From Bacteroides sp. (GTDB taxonomy: Bacteria > Bacteroidota > Bacteroidia > Bacteroidales > SM23-62): a stretch of DNA of 49,481 nucleotides. Both the position numbers and the translations under genes were made by a program. This document shows positions 26,474 to 37,212 of this stretch, one piece after another; position 1 is the first letter of the stretch; each line of letters starts with the position of its first letter. The notes under the pieces are model-generated. The model was not told the origin of the DNA, did not search any database, and was given only the letters and a program-made list of their open reading frames with translations. The DNA lies in the NCBI GenBank assembly GCA_030640625.1, contig DAOWJB010000011.1:1-49481 (forward strand), given 5' to 3'.

Positions 26474-28908
26474 ACAGCTTGTCTGATACGGGCCCCGATA
26501 TCTTTTTCCAGGTTTTTCTGGATCTTGTTCATAATTTTATCTATCTCTTTGTCTGTCAGGGTCTTGGATTCATCCTGAAGAACAAACCCCACAGCATATG
26601 ATTTCTTGCCTCTTTCCAGCTTCTCACTTTCATATACATCAAACAAGGTGACTGATTTGATCATTTTTCCTGTTCTGGTGGCGATCTCCTTTATCCTGGA
26701 GAATGGGATGGTTTTATCAATGATCATGGAAAGATCGCGTCGGACCGGCGGGTACTTCGGGATCTCTGTCATGGTGATTTGATAACCTTTCATGGCCTCC
26801 AGCATTTCAGACCAGCGAATATCTGCAAAATATACAACTGAAGGGATGTCAAATTGTTCTGTGAGTGATGCTTCAAGGATACCCAGCTCAGCGAGTTTCA
26901 TCCCCTCTGCTGAGATTGTAATACCATCTGTGAAATGCGGGGATTCTACATCCTGATCAATGAGCAGGTTCTTATCCAGGCCCAGGCGGCCCATGATACC
27001 CTCAACATGGGATTTCAACTCATAAAATGTGCCGGGTTTTTCCTTTTCGATCCAGTTCCCTTCATGCCTGGGGCCAGTTATAAAGAGGGCCAGCCGTTCA
27101 TTTTCCCCGTAAGCGGACAGTCCATCCGGATCAGCTTTGGGATTGATATGGTAACAATTACCAATCTCAAACAGCCGGAGGTTGTTTCTTTTCCGGTTGA
27201 TATTGTAGATAATGGTTTCGAGTCCACCATAAAGCAAAGTAGTCCTCATCCTGTTCAGATCTGAACTAAGCGGATTGAATAGCTCCACAACCGCCGGATC
27301 ACCTTCGTAATATGCTTGCCTGGTAAGGGAATTGCACATGATCTCATTGAAGCCATTCGCGCTGAGGTAATCGGAGATGATCTGGGTGACCTTCTCCTTA
27401 TCCGGTTTTTCAGTATAGGTCAGGACGGATGTCAATGTGGACTTTAAACCAACATTGTTGTAGCCGTATATCCTCAGGATCTCTTCAATTACATCGGCTT
27501 CCCGCCGGACATCTACCCGGTAGGCCGGTACAATTACCTCAATAGCATCCTTGCTTTCTGATTCAAGGGATATTTCGAGTGCTTCCAGTATACGTTTGAT
27601 GGTATCGCGTTCAATTTTTTTCCCGACCAGTCTGTCGACATGTGAATACTTTACCTTTACCCGGAAAGGCTCCAGGACCCTGGGATATTCATCAACGATT
27701 TCCGAAGAGATCTTTCCCCCTGCAATCTCCCGGATGAGAAGTGCAGCCCTTTTCAAGGCCGGTACGGTCATTTCAGGATCAGCCCCGCGTTCAAAACGGA
27801 AACTGGCATCTGTATTCAATCCATGGCGTTTGGAAGTCCGCCTGACATAAATCGGATCGAAATAGGCGCTTTCCAGGAAAATGTTTTTGGTTTTCCCGGA
27901 GACCCCGGAATGTACTCCACCAAATACACCGGCAATGCACATGCCTTCTTTTGCATTGCATATCATCAGGTCATCCGCGGACAGGGACCTTTCCACCTCG
28001 TCCAGGGTGACGAATTTCGTTCCCTCATCCATTGTCTTCACCACAACAGTATGGCCGGCTATCTGGTCTGCATCGAAAGCATGCAGGGGTTGTCCCAGTT
28101 CATAAAGCACATAGTTGGTGATGTCCACCACATTATTGATGGGATTCAGTCCAACTGAAAGCAATTTTGTCTTCAGCCAATCCGGAGATTCACTCACATT
28201 CACACCGGTCAGGGTAATTCCTGCATATCTGTTACAGGCTTTCTCATTCTCAATCCTTACCTCAACAGGAAGGTCATGGTTATCTATCTGGAAGTCCCCG
28301 GCAGTTGGTTTCGTCAGTTTCACCGCAGCCTTTAATTTCAGGAATGCCGCCAGGTCTCTCGCCACACCGTAATGTGATGCGCCATCAATCCGGTTGGGTG
28401 TCAGTCCGATTTCAAAGACAGTATCTGACCGGATGTCAAAATATTCACTGGCCGGGGTGCCAACCACCGCATCCTTATCGAGTACCATGATGCCATCATG
28501 CCTTGATCCAAGTCCGATTTCATCCTCTGCGCAGATCATGCCCTCGGAGATCTCTCCCCGGATCTTTACCTTTTTGAGTGTCAGGCTTTCATCCCCTTTG
28601 TAGAGGGTTGTGCCAACGGTGGCCACGACGACTTTCTGGCCGGCCCTGACATTGGGTGCTCCACATATGATATCCAGATCCTTGTCCCCACCTATATCCA
28701 CGCTGGTAATACTCAGCTTATCAGCATCCGGATGTTTTTCGCAGGTATTCACCCTGCCAATGAAACATCCCCTCAAGCCTCCCCTGACAGATTCAAAATT
28801 CTCAATACCTTCTACCTCGAGTCCGATATTGGTTAGAATATCTCCGAGCTCAGCCGGTGTTTGGGTTATGCTGATGTACTCTTTCAGCCAGTTATAGGAA
28901 ATTTTCAT
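26470..28908 (-). CDS. pheT: Phenylalanine--tRNA ligase beta subunit
   Basis: [12 protein letters not shown] is the canonical PheT N-terminus, at the ATG at 28908. The tRNA-binding, B3/4, B5 and FDX-ACB regions are recognisable. The track ORF's extra 73 N-terminal codons (to 29127) run through the divergent promoter region and into surE, and were discarded. Confidence 0.93.
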   Translation of the reverse strand: MKISYNWLKEYISITQTPAELGDILTNIGLEVEGIENFESVRGGLRGCFIGRVNTCEKHPDADKLSITSVDIGGDKDLDIICGAPNVRAGQKVVVATVGTTLYKGDESLTLKKVKIRGEISEGMICAEDEIGLGSRHDGIMVLDKDAVVGTPASEYFDIRSDTVFEIGLTPNRIDGASHYGVARDLAAFLKLKAAVKLTKPTAGDFQIDNHDLPVEVRIENEKACNRYAGITLTGVNVSESPDWLKTKLLSVGLNPINNVVDITNYVLYELGQPLHAFDADQIAGHTVVVKTMDEGTKFVTLDEVERSLSADDLMICNAKEGMCIAGVFGGVHSGVSGKTKNIFLESAYFDPIYVRRTSKRHGLNTDASFRFERGADPEMTVPALKRAALLIREIAGGKISSEIVDEYPRVLEPFRVKVKYSHVDRLVGKKIERDTIKRILEALEISLESESKDAIEVIVPAYRVDVRREADVIEEILRIYGYNNVGLKSTLTSVLTYTEKPDKEKVTQIISDYLSANGFNEIMCNSLTRQAYYEGDPAVVELFNPLSSDLNRMRTTLLYGGLETIIYNINRKRNNLRLFEIGNCYHINPKADPDGLSAYGENERLALFITGPRHEGNWIEKEKPGTFYELKSHVEGIMGRLGLDKNLLIDQDVESPHFTDGITISAEGMKLAELGILEASLTEQFDIPSVVYFADIRWSEMLEAMKGYQITMTEIPKYPPVRRDLSMIIDKTIPFSRIKEIATRTGKMIKSVTLFDVYESEKLERGKKSYAVGFVLQDESKTLTDKEIDKIMNKIQKNLEKDIGARIRQAV

Positions 28909-28937
28909 AGATGGAGACCTTGGGAAACAACATCCAG

Positions 28938-28945
28938 CAAAAGTA
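28938..28945 (-). promoter_or_regulatory. Candidate -7 promoter box (TACTTTTG on the minus strand) for pheT
   Basis: Exact TAnnTTTG, 29 nt upstream of the ATG at 28908. Confidence 0.45.
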
Positions 28946-28965
28946 GGTAAAAAAACGATTATTGT

Positions 28966-28973
28966 TATATTTG
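28966..28973 (+). promoter_or_regulatory. Candidate -7 promoter box (TATATTTG) for surE
   Basis: Exact TAnnTTTG, 22 nt upstream of the surE GTG start. It is divergent from the pheT box 20 nt away. Confidence 0.45.
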
Positions 28974-28995
28974 CAGACTGACTAACAACGCGAAC

Positions 28996-29772
28996 GTGGC
29001 AGCTAAAAAAGATAGATTGTTTCTGATCACAAATGATGATGGTATCAATGCAAAGGGACTTGAGGCCCTGATCGAACTGGTACAGCCATATGGTAAAATT
29101 ATGGTAATCGCTCCGGAGGATGGACAATCAGGCATGTCACATGCCATTACGGTAAAATATCCCATCCGGCTGAAAAAATTAGAAGAGAATGACCAGCAGG
29201 TGGTTTACAGCAGCAACGGGACCCCTGTTGATTGCGTAAAACTGGCCTTGAATAAGCTGCTTGACAAACGGCCTGACATGATCCTGGCCGGGATCAACCA
29301 CGGTTCAAACTCATCCTCCAGTATTATTTACTCCGGCACCATGGCTGCTGCCATGGAAGGTTGCATTAACGGGATCCCTTCCATTGGTTTTTCCCTGCTT
29401 GATTATTCTCCGGAAGCCAATTTCGGCTCTATCCTCAAATATGCAAAGATCATTCTTGAGAATGCACTGGAAAAGGGTGTTCCGAAAGATACCTGCCTGA
29501 ATGTGAATTTTCCGATTAATACCTATCAAAAGATAAAGGGAATTAAGATCTGCCGCCAGAACAAAGGCGTCTGGAAGGAGGAATTTGAACAACGTGTCGA
29601 TCCCATGAAAAGGGATTATTTCTGGCTGACCGGAGAATTTAAGAACCTCGAGCCGGAGGCAGTTGATACAGATGAGTGGGCCCTTCATCACAACTATATC
29701 AGTATCGTCCCGGTTCACACTGACCTTACCGCTTACCCGGCGATGGACCATTTAAGCGACTGGATCATCTAA
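28996..29772 (+). CDS. surE: 5'/3'-nucleotidase SurE
   Basis: 258 aa with N-terminus LFLITNDDGINAKGLEAL (the SurE DD motif) and GINHGSNSSSSIIYSGTMAAAMEG. The start codon is GTG. Confidence 0.9.
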   Translation: MAAKKDRLFLITNDDGINAKGLEALIELVQPYGKIMVIAPEDGQSGMSHAITVKYPIRLKKLEENDQQVVYSSNGTPVDCVKLALNKLLDKRPDMILAGINHGSNSSSSIIYSGTMAAAMEGCINGIPSIGFSLLDYSPEANFGSILKYAKIILENALEKGVPKDTCLNVNFPINTYQKIKGIKICRQNKGVWKEEFEQRVDPMKRDYFWLTGEFKNLEPEAVDTDEWALHHNYISIVPVHTDLTAYPAMDHLSDWII

Positions 29773-29783
29773 TCAGGATATAG

Positions 29784-30077
29784 ATGCAGACACGGATCAA
29801 TACCGTTATATTCGGACTTATCGCCGGATTGCTGGTACCTCTGCTGGCCATCACCATTTTCTATTTTGTAGCATTTGCCGATACCGAGTTTCCTGAATTT
29901 ATCAAAATCCTCGTTTCCAGGAAAAAACTCAGCTCTCTTATCAGCATCAGTGTGATTCCGGATTTACTTGTATTTTTTATTTTTATCTGGTTGAATTATC
30001 TTTATTCTGCCAGAGGAGTGCTGGCTGCAGTATTTTTATCTGCGATTGTTGTGGTGTTAACAAAATTTCTTATTTGA
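29784..30077 (+). CDS. Small integral membrane protein (three predicted helices), function unknown
   Basis: 97 aa with three hydrophobic stretches. It fills the surE-lpxB gap with 11-nt and 52-nt spacers. No family was recognised. Confidence 0.6.
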   Translation: MQTRINTVIFGLIAGLLVPLLAITIFYFVAFADTEFPEFIKILVSRKKLSSLISISVIPDLLVFFIFIWLNYLYSARGVLAAVFLSAIVVVLTKFLI

Positions 30078-30129
30078 GTTTGTGCTTCCTGTCATGGGAT
30101 GCATGAGAAGCAGCTCTTAGGTACATTTT

Positions 30130-31263
30130 ATGAAGTATTATCTGATAGCAGGGGAAGCGTCAGGTGACCTGCATGGCAGCAAATTGATGCAGGGCCTGAA
30201 AATTTCAGACCCGGAAGCCGAATTCCGCTATTTCGGAGGTGACCTGATGGTGGAAGAAGGGGGTACGCTGGTGAGGCATTACGGGCAAACTGCTGTCATG
30301 GGTCTGTTCAAGGTTATTTTCAACCTGCGGAAGATATCCGGCAATTTGCGATTCTGTAAGCAGGATATTATAGATTATCAGCCGGATGCTTTAATACTGA
30401 TTGATTACTCAGGATTTAACCTGAGGATCGCAAAGTTTGCCAGACCGGCCGGACTCAGGGTGATTTATTATATCTCTCCAAAAGTATGGGTATGGGACCG
30501 CAAACGGGTTTACACAATTCGCAAGAATGTGGACAAAATGTATGTCATCCTTCCCTTCGAGGTGGATTTTTATAAGCAATACGACTATGCGGTGGAATAT
30601 GTTGGTAATCCCATCGTGGATGCTGTTGAGGAAAGCATGGACAGCCGTGTTGAACAGGATGAATTCCGCTCTCGCAACGGGCTGGGATCCGGTCCCATTA
30701 TAGCCCTGCTGGCAGGTAGCAGGAAGGAAGAAATAAAGCATTGCCTGCCGGAGATGCTGGCAGTGATAAATGAATTTCCGGGATACCGGTTCGTGATTGC
30801 AGGGGCACCTTCGATCTCCCCTGAGTATTATGCCAGGTTTACCGGTGACAGCCAGGTGGATATTGTTTTTGACCAGACCTATGACCTGTTGATGCACGCT
30901 GAGGCGGCGGTGGTAACTTCCGGGACGGCTACCCTTGAAACAGCCCTTTTCAAGGTACCAGAAGTGGTGATCTATAAGGTGGGTGAACTGACCTACTTCA
31001 TTGGCAGGCAATTTGTCAAACCAAAGTATTTCAGCCTTGTAAACCTGATATTGGACCGGGAGGTGGTAAAGGAATTCTTGCAGTACAGGCTAAGGCATAA
31101 CATTGCCCTTGAGCTGCACAGGATGCTGGAGGACGAAACATACAGGCTGGTTATGCTTGATAATTACCGGAAGCTGCGTGACCGGCTGGGAGAACCAGGA
31201 GCATACAAAAGGCTGGCCGGGCGGATTGCAAATTATATAAGCGAAGAAAAAAAATCCATATGA
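30130..31263 (+). CDS. lpxB: Lipid-A-disaccharide synthase
   Basis: 377 aa with N-terminus MKYYLIAGEASGDLHGSKLM and SGTATLE..L...P.VV.YK. Confidence 0.92.
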   Translation: MKYYLIAGEASGDLHGSKLMQGLKISDPEAEFRYFGGDLMVEEGGTLVRHYGQTAVMGLFKVIFNLRKISGNLRFCKQDIIDYQPDALILIDYSGFNLRIAKFARPAGLRVIYYISPKVWVWDRKRVYTIRKNVDKMYVILPFEVDFYKQYDYAVEYVGNPIVDAVEESMDSRVEQDEFRSRNGLGSGPIIALLAGSRKEEIKHCLPEMLAVINEFPGYRFVIAGAPSISPEYYARFTGDSQVDIVFDQTYDLLMHAEAAVVTSGTATLETALFKVPEVVIYKVGELTYFIGRQFVKPKYFSLVNLILDREVVKEFLQYRLRHNIALELHRMLEDETYRLVMLDNYRKLRDRLGEPGAYKRLAGRIANYISEEKKSI

Positions 31264-32456
31264 GGATCCCTGGAATATCGAAATATGTACTCATGCTAAT
31301 CCTCTTATTGGTCTGGGTTGGCCGGTCCTGGTCCCTGGATCTCCGGATCAGCCTTTTCCAGGAGCAGCTGGTGGATGCCATGCTTTTTACTTCTGTCGAT
31401 GGGGATTATTCCGTTGAGACGAACCGGGGTCCCCTGGGCATTTGTCCAGAGGGTGACAGCTGGTATGTGGTCCTGCGGAAAGATTCCCTGCTCATCAGGG
31501 ATCATGCAGGCGCGTGGCATCATGGAGATGAGCTCCGGTTTTCAGCTGCTGATGAATATGGAGTTTTCAGGCTAAAACCGGTTTTGCCTCTGCTTGCCTC
31601 GCGTGAATACCTGTCTGACCTGCAGGTGGAGATCTCCATGAACAGCTTGTTGATGTTGAATGAGATAGATATGGAAAAATACATCATGGGGGTTTCAGAG
31701 ACAGAGGCAGGCAGCAAATGTGAACTGGAGTATTATAAGGTCCAATCCATCCTGTGCAGGACTTTCGCGCTGAAAAACTTTAACCGCCACGAGGCTGAAG
31801 GATTTAACCTTTGCGACGGGGTGCATTGCCAGGCATACAAGGGAAGAAATATCTGGAATGAGGATGTGGAGATTGGTACGGAGGTAACGGATGGACTGGT
31901 CCTGGTTGATGAAGATTCCCTGCTGCTGAATGCGGCCTTCCATTCCAACAGCGGAGGTGAGACCAGGGGAGCGGAAGAGGTCTGGCTGAATGGGAAAAAT
32001 TACCTGCTCCCGGTGCTGGATCCCTTCAGCCTGAATCAGCCCAGTGCGAGATGGCGAAAATCCATCCCGGTTAATGACTGGATCAGCTATCTTCAGACAA
32101 AAGGCATATTCCTGGGAGATTTACAGGATACATCGCTGCTTGAAATGCATGTAAAACACCGGGAGAATTATTACCGTGTTGCGCTGGACTCCCTGCTTTT
32201 TTTGGTGATCCGTGATGACCTTGAGCTTCGGTCAGATTTCTTTGGAATAAGCCTCCAAGGGGATCAGGTAGTGCTGGAAGGAAGAGGCTATGGCCACGGT
32301 GTCGGGTTGAGCCAGGAAGGGGCCATGGAGATGGCCAGGAGAAGCTATCATTATACCGCCATCCTGAATTATTATTATCACCAGATACAGATCATTCAAT
32401 ACATGTTCCTTGAAGAAACGGGCAAGCTTCAGATTGATATGAATAATTTGCCCTGA
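31260..32456 (+). CDS. SpoIID/LytB-domain protein (exported)
   Basis: 398 aa with a signal-like N-terminus. SpoIID-type motifs are present (E.YL.GV...E, CRTFAL, LCD..HCQAY.G, AFHSNSGGET, YGHGVGLSQ.GA..MA). It has an ATGA overlap with lpxB. Confidence 0.8.
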   Translation: MRIPGISKYVLMLILLLVWVGRSWSLDLRISLFQEQLVDAMLFTSVDGDYSVETNRGPLGICPEGDSWYVVLRKDSLLIRDHAGAWHHGDELRFSAADEYGVFRLKPVLPLLASREYLSDLQVEISMNSLLMLNEIDMEKYIMGVSETEAGSKCELEYYKVQSILCRTFALKNFNRHEAEGFNLCDGVHCQAYKGRNIWNEDVEIGTEVTDGLVLVDEDSLLLNAAFHSNSGGETRGAEEVWLNGKNYLLPVLDPFSLNQPSARWRKSIPVNDWISYLQTKGIFLGDLQDTSLLEMHVKHRENYYRVALDSLLFLVIRDDLELRSDFFGISLQGDQVVLEGRGYGHGVGLSQEGAMEMARRSYHYTAILNYYYHQIQIIQYMFLEETGKLQIDMNNLP

Positions 32457-32482
32457 GTTGAAAAAGCATTACTTTCGCACAA

Positions 32483-33229
32483 ATGTTGTTTTCAGGCATG
32501 TTAACCGTATTCCGGAAGGAAATAACCACATTTTTCAGTACCCTCACCGGGTATGTTGTGATTATTGTATTCCTTGCGGTCAACTCATTGTTTATGTGGG
32601 TATTCAAGGGGAACCTGAATGTTCTGGACAATGGGCATGCCAATCTGGATACGCTTTTCATCATGGCCCCCTGGATATTTCTCTTCCTGGTCCCTGCCAT
32701 TACCATGAGGGTTTTTGCTGAAGAGAAACGCAGTGGAACCCTGGAATTGTTACTGACACAGCCCATCCCTGAGATACATATCGTGCTGGCAAAATTTTTT
32801 GCATCCCTTGCCCTCATACTGTTCTCCCTGCTGCCGACACTGGTTTATTATTACTCAGTTCACAGGCTTGGAAGTCCACCCGGCAACCTGGATAGCGGAG
32901 GGATCTGGGGGTCTTATGTGGGACTCTTCTTCCTGGCCGCGGTGTATGCATCAGTAGGGATCTTTATTTCATCGCTGACCGATAACCAGATCATTTCTTT
33001 CATCGTGGCCGTATTGATCTCATTTTTCCTTTACACCGGATTTGACCTTATGACCAGCATGGACCTGTTCGGGAACCTGGATAATATGCTGTTAAGGCTG
33101 GGGATCAGTGAGCATTATAAATCGATACGCCGGGGGGTGATCGATACCAGGGATATCATTTATTTCCTGAGTGTGATAAGCATTTTCCTTATCGCCACCA
33201 GGTTCGTTCTGCAAAGCAGGAAATGGTGA
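32483..33229 (+). CDS. gldF: ABC-2-type transporter permease, GldF-like
   Basis: 248 aa with six hydrophobic segments and N-terminus FRKEITTFFSTLTGYVVI. It is immediately followed by, and overlaps, a GldG-like gene. Confidence 0.75.
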   Translation: MLFSGMLTVFRKEITTFFSTLTGYVVIIVFLAVNSLFMWVFKGNLNVLDNGHANLDTLFIMAPWIFLFLVPAITMRVFAEEKRSGTLELLLTQPIPEIHIVLAKFFASLALILFSLLPTLVYYYSVHRLGSPPGNLDSGGIWGSYVGLFFLAAVYASVGIFISSLTDNQIISFIVAVLISFFLYTGFDLMTSMDLFGNLDNMLLRLGISEHYKSIRRGVIDTRDIIYFLSVISIFLIATRFVLQSRKW

Positions 33230-34923
33230 AGAGGAAACAACTGAAACGGATCCATATTGTTCAGCTCATTATTACGCTGTTTATCATTCTTCTGATTAAT
33301 TTCATCTCTTCATTGGTCTTCCATCGTTTTGATCTGACAACGGAAAAAAGATATTCCCTTTCGGAGGAAACACGCAGTATACTGAAGGAACTTGATGAAT
33401 TAGTATATATCAGGGTTTACCTGGAAGGTGATTTACCCGTGGGTTTTACCAGGTTGAAAACTTCCATCAGGGAATTGCTTGATGAATTCCGGGCGTATGC
33501 CCCGCAAAACATTCAGTATGAGTTTATCGACCCGGTCGAGGATCCTGACCCGCAGATCCGGCGGAATCTGTTCAACCAGCTGTATAACATAGGACTGCAA
33601 CCTACCAATGTGAAGGTCCGTGGCAAGGACGGGAGCAGCTCCCAGAAGATCGTTTTTCCGGGAGCCGTCATTTCATTTGAGGAAGCAGATGTCGCTGTCA
33701 ACCTGCTGAAGAATAATCCCGGATTGCCAGGGGAAGTGAATCTGCACCAGTCAATTCAATCCCTTGAGTATGAATTCATCAGCATGATCAGGACCCTGAG
33801 CAGCGACAACATTGCAAAGGTGGCTTTTTTGGAGGGCCATGGGGAACTGGACGCTTACCAGGTTGGGGATATTACCAAGGACCTGGCCAATTTTTACCAG
33901 GTTGACAGGGGGGCCCCCGGTGGCAGGTATGGCAGCCTGGATAACTACCAGGCCGTGATCATTGCCAAGCCGGTAAAGACCTTCTCAGAAGCTGATAAAT
34001 TTGTGATCGACCAGTACATCATGAAGGGAGGGAAGGTACTGTGGTTGCTGGACCCGGTGCAGGTAAGCATGGACAGCCTGTTCATGGGCATGACCTTCGC
34101 CCTGTACCAGCCCCTGAATATTGAAGACCAGTTATTCCGTTATGGCGTGCGGCTGAATCCTCACCTGGTCAAAGACATTCAATGCCATGTGATACCGGTA
34201 AATAAAGGGCTGATTGGTGCCCAGGCTCAATGGGAGTTAAGTCCCTGGTACTATTTCCCGCTTATATCGCCAGGGATTAAGCACCCCATCACGCGCTCCC
34301 TGAACATGATCAAGATTGAATTTGGAAGTGATATTGATACGGTTGGTGAAAATCCTGAAGTAAAGAAGACTGTTCTCCTTTCCACTTCCCCCTATTCCCG
34401 GGTGGTAGCCGTACCTGCAGAGATCAACCTGCGTGAAACAGAACAGCAAGCCGCTCAATCGGACTACAACCGGGCCCATTTGCCCCTGGCAATAATGCTG
34501 GAGGGAAGGTTTGAGTCTGTGTTTTCCAACCGTTCTGTTCCTGACATTCAGGCTGAGGGACCCATTCAGGTGGATGAGGTAAGCCAGCCGACCAGGATGA
34601 TCATCATAGCCGATGGTGATATCATACGCAATGAGGTCATCGACTCCCCTAACGGTCCGGTTATGGCCCCGCTTGGTTTTGATAAATATACCTCCCAGAC
34701 TTTCGGGAATAAGGAATTCATTCTCAATGCAATAAATTACCTGACGGATGAAACGGGATTGATCAGTCTCAGGGGCCGTGAATTCCGGATGCGTTTACTC
34801 GACCGGCAGCGTATTCAGGAAGAAAGTGAAAAATGGAAGGTCATTAATACGGCCATCCCCATCCTTCTTGTCATCTCCTTCGGTGCGGGCGTCAGTGTTT
34901 ACCGAAGAAGGAAATATCGATAA
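33223..34923 (+). CDS. gldG: GldG-like ABC-transporter auxiliary protein
   Basis: 566 aa with N- and C-terminal transmembrane anchors. It contains DLTTEKRYSLSEETRSIL and LEGHGE segments, typical of GldG / 'ABC-type uncharacterized transport system' proteins. It overlaps gldF by 7 nt. Confidence 0.75.
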   Translation: MVKRKQLKRIHIVQLIITLFIILLINFISSLVFHRFDLTTEKRYSLSEETRSILKELDELVYIRVYLEGDLPVGFTRLKTSIRELLDEFRAYAPQNIQYEFIDPVEDPDPQIRRNLFNQLYNIGLQPTNVKVRGKDGSSSQKIVFPGAVISFEEADVAVNLLKNNPGLPGEVNLHQSIQSLEYEFISMIRTLSSDNIAKVAFLEGHGELDAYQVGDITKDLANFYQVDRGAPGGRYGSLDNYQAVIIAKPVKTFSEADKFVIDQYIMKGGKVLWLLDPVQVSMDSLFMGMTFALYQPLNIEDQLFRYGVRLNPHLVKDIQCHVIPVNKGLIGAQAQWELSPWYYFPLISPGIKHPITRSLNMIKIEFGSDIDTVGENPEVKKTVLLSTSPYSRVVAVPAEINLRETEQQAAQSDYNRAHLPLAIMLEGRFESVFSNRSVPDIQAEGPIQVDEVSQPTRMIIIADGDIIRNEVIDSPNGPVMAPLGFDKYTSQTFGNKEFILNAINYLTDETGLISLRGREFRMRLLDRQRIQEESEKWKVINTAIPILLVISFGAGVSVYRRRKYR

Positions 34924-35913
34924 ATGGGCAAATACAGAATATCATTGCTGTTGCTGGCAGTGCTTGTGGCTGTCTCGGCTTATCTTCTCCTGGCGAAACG
35001 TTCCGGGACCTATTCGAGATCTGCGGTGGAGTTCGCAGTGAAGGACACAAGCCAGATCCTGTCCGTAGAGATTTCCGGTAGGGGAGAAGGGGTGATACTG
35101 GTCAGGGACAGGCATGTCTGGAGGGTGAATGGCAGCACTCCTGTCCGAAAAGACCATATGAGTGGTTTGCTGGTGATGCTGTCCAGATTGGAAGTAAATT
35201 CCCCTGCATCCCGTGCTCGCTCGGAGGAGATCCGCAAGCAGTTACAGGTGGCGGGCAAGCAGGTCAGTATTACCAGGGTCAGGGGGCCGGTAAAAGAATA
35301 TACAGTATTCCATGATGCCCTTGAGGGTGATGCCACCTATATGATGCTGGAAGAATCTGATACACCTTTCCGTATGGGGGTTCGGGGCTATAACCGCCGG
35401 AACCTGGCAGAATTGTACGTTACGGATGAGCGGTTCTGGAGAGATAATGTTATATTTCAATATCTGCCTGAGCAGATCGAATATATATCCCTGCAGAACA
35501 ACCTGGACAGGGCCAAAACATACCATCTTGCCAGGAATAAAGCAGGGGATTTTAAGATGTCAACAGGGACCGTGCCGGCTGACTGGTTCAGTCCGGTTGA
35601 GGAAAAGCTCCATCAGTTCCTGGGCTATTTTTACCTGGTAAAGTTCGAAGCTTATGCAGATCTAAGGCAGAATACCGAAAATTTTTATGAATACAATGAT
35701 GAACCTGATTACGTTGTAGAGGTGAACAGTACTACAGGAATCAAGACAGTCCTGAGATTATTCCCGGTTTTTATTGTTGATCCGGCTGGAAATAATAAAA
35801 TGGATCTCAATGTGTTATATGCAAAGATCGATGACTGGGAGGAGATGGTTGTTCTGAAGTATCTTGAAATTGATCCACTTTTAAAAGATCCACGCTATTT
35901 CCAAAGCAAATGA
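34924..35913 (+). CDS. Membrane-anchored hypothetical protein (DUF4340-like, usual GldG neighbour)
   Basis: 329 aa with an N-terminal transmembrane helix (ISLLLLAVLVAVSAYLLLA). It starts on the base after the gldG stop (TAAATG). The family call rests on context and general resemblance only. Confidence 0.6.
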   Translation: MGKYRISLLLLAVLVAVSAYLLLAKRSGTYSRSAVEFAVKDTSQILSVEISGRGEGVILVRDRHVWRVNGSTPVRKDHMSGLLVMLSRLEVNSPASRARSEEIRKQLQVAGKQVSITRVRGPVKEYTVFHDALEGDATYMMLEESDTPFRMGVRGYNRRNLAELYVTDERFWRDNVIFQYLPEQIEYISLQNNLDRAKTYHLARNKAGDFKMSTGTVPADWFSPVEEKLHQFLGYFYLVKFEAYADLRQNTENFYEYNDEPDYVVEVNSTTGIKTVLRLFPVFIVDPAGNNKMDLNVLYAKIDDWEEMVVLKYLEIDPLLKDPRYFQSK

Positions 35914-35987
35914 AAAAATGGAAATTGGTGCCAAACATCTGGTAAATTTTTTGTATAATTGATCTTTAGAAATAAAAAGAACTATCC

Positions 35988-37118
35988 ATGAAAGTTGTTG
36001 TTTCCAGTACAGACCTGTTGAGTCATCTGCAGGCAGTCGGCAGGGTAATCAGTTCGAAAAACACCCTGCCTATTCTCGATAATTTCCTGTTCAAACTGGA
36101 TAGCAATGAATTGGAGATCACGGCCTCAGATCTGGAATCTACCCTGATCACCAAAATGACACTGGAAAATACCTCAGATAGTGGAAGCATTGCCGTACCA
36201 GCCAGGATCCTTACCGATACCCTGAAGGAATTCCCGGAGCAGCCCCTCACTTTTGAGATTGATCTGGACAAACTATCCATTGTGATCAATTCTGAGAATG
36301 GCAAGTTTACTGTTGTCGGACAGAATGCCGGTGATTTTCCCCAGATGCCCACCATTAAACAGGACCAGAAGGCCAGCGTCGAGATGCCAGCAGAAATATT
36401 GTATAACGGGATCAATAAAACCCTGTTTGCCACGGCAGATGACGAACTCAGACCGGTTATGAATGGTGTTTTCATAGAATTGGCCACAGATAATCTCACT
36501 TTTGTTGCATCTGATGCACATAAACTGGTCCGCTATAAACGTATGGATGCAAAGGCGGATACAGATTCATCATTTATTCTGCCCAAGAAACCGGCATCAT
36601 TGTTGAGAAATGTCCTGCCAAGGGAAGAGAATCCTGTCACCGTGGAATTTGACGACAAGAATGCCTTCTTTTCCATGACAGAATATAAACTGGTCTGCCG
36701 CCTGGTAGAGGGTAATTATCCAAGTTATAATTCTGTGATCCCGACGGAGAATCCGAATAAACTAAGTATCGACAGGGTGGAGTTTTACAATACCCTCAAG
36801 CGGGTATCCGTTTATTCAAACCAGGCAAGCAACCTGGTAAAACTGGCCCTTACCGGGAACCAGATCACAATATCCGCCCAGGACATCGATTTTTCAATCT
36901 CTGCATATGAAAGGCTGAACTGTCAGTATGAGGGTGATGACATGGAGATCGGTTTCAAGTCAACTTTCCTCATTGAGATCCTTTCGAATTTAACATCCGC
37001 CGATGTGATCGTGGAATTATCAGATCCCACACGGGCAGGAATAATGCTGCCTGCAGTGTCGGAAAATGAAGCCGAGGATGTGTTAATGTTGCTCATGCCC
37101 ATGATGATCAATGCATGA
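35988..37118 (+). CDS. dnaN: DNA polymerase III beta sliding clamp
   Basis: 376 aa with MKVVVSSTDLLSHLQAVGRVISSKNTLPILDNFLF and a C-terminal LLMPMMIN motif. Confidence 0.93.
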   Translation: MKVVVSSTDLLSHLQAVGRVISSKNTLPILDNFLFKLDSNELEITASDLESTLITKMTLENTSDSGSIAVPARILTDTLKEFPEQPLTFEIDLDKLSIVINSENGKFTVVGQNAGDFPQMPTIKQDQKASVEMPAEILYNGINKTLFATADDELRPVMNGVFIELATDNLTFVASDAHKLVRYKRMDAKADTDSSFILPKKPASLLRNVLPREENPVTVEFDDKNAFFSMTEYKLVCRLVEGNYPSYNSVIPTENPNKLSIDRVEFYNTLKRVSVYSNQASNLVKLALTGNQITISAQDIDFSISAYERLNCQYEGDDMEIGFKSTFLIEILSNLTSADVIVELSDPTRAGIMLPAVSENEAEDVLMLLMPMMINA

Positions 37119-37146
37119 CCCTAATTTGATTATATATAGAAAAAAA

Positions 37147-37177
37147 CCCGGCATGGCAGATCCTGGCCGGGTTTTTT
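37147..37177 (+). terminator. Rho-independent (potentially bidirectional) terminator after dnaN
   Basis: The CCCGGC...GCCGGG stem (37147-37152 / 37166-37171, plus an inner GG/CC pair) is followed by T6 and preceded by A7. Confidence 0.75.
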
Positions 37178-37212
37178 ATTAAGAACGGACCGTAAGCAAG
37201 GAGTATAGTAGC

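Noticed and set aside
28909-29127. A 73-codon N-terminal extension of pheT in the ORF track.
   Set aside because: The extension crosses both divergent promoter boxes and the surE start. The canonical PheT N-terminus [11 protein letters not shown] begins at 28908.
30409-31011. A 200-aa minus-strand ORF inside lpxB.
   Set aside because: It is antisense to a confidently identified lpxB and has no motifs.
32483-34923. gldF/gldG without an adjacent gldA ATPase, considered as an incomplete or novel transporter.
   Set aside because: In characterised gliding Bacteroidota, the ATPase gene is encoded away from gldF and gldG, so its absence from this locus is expected.
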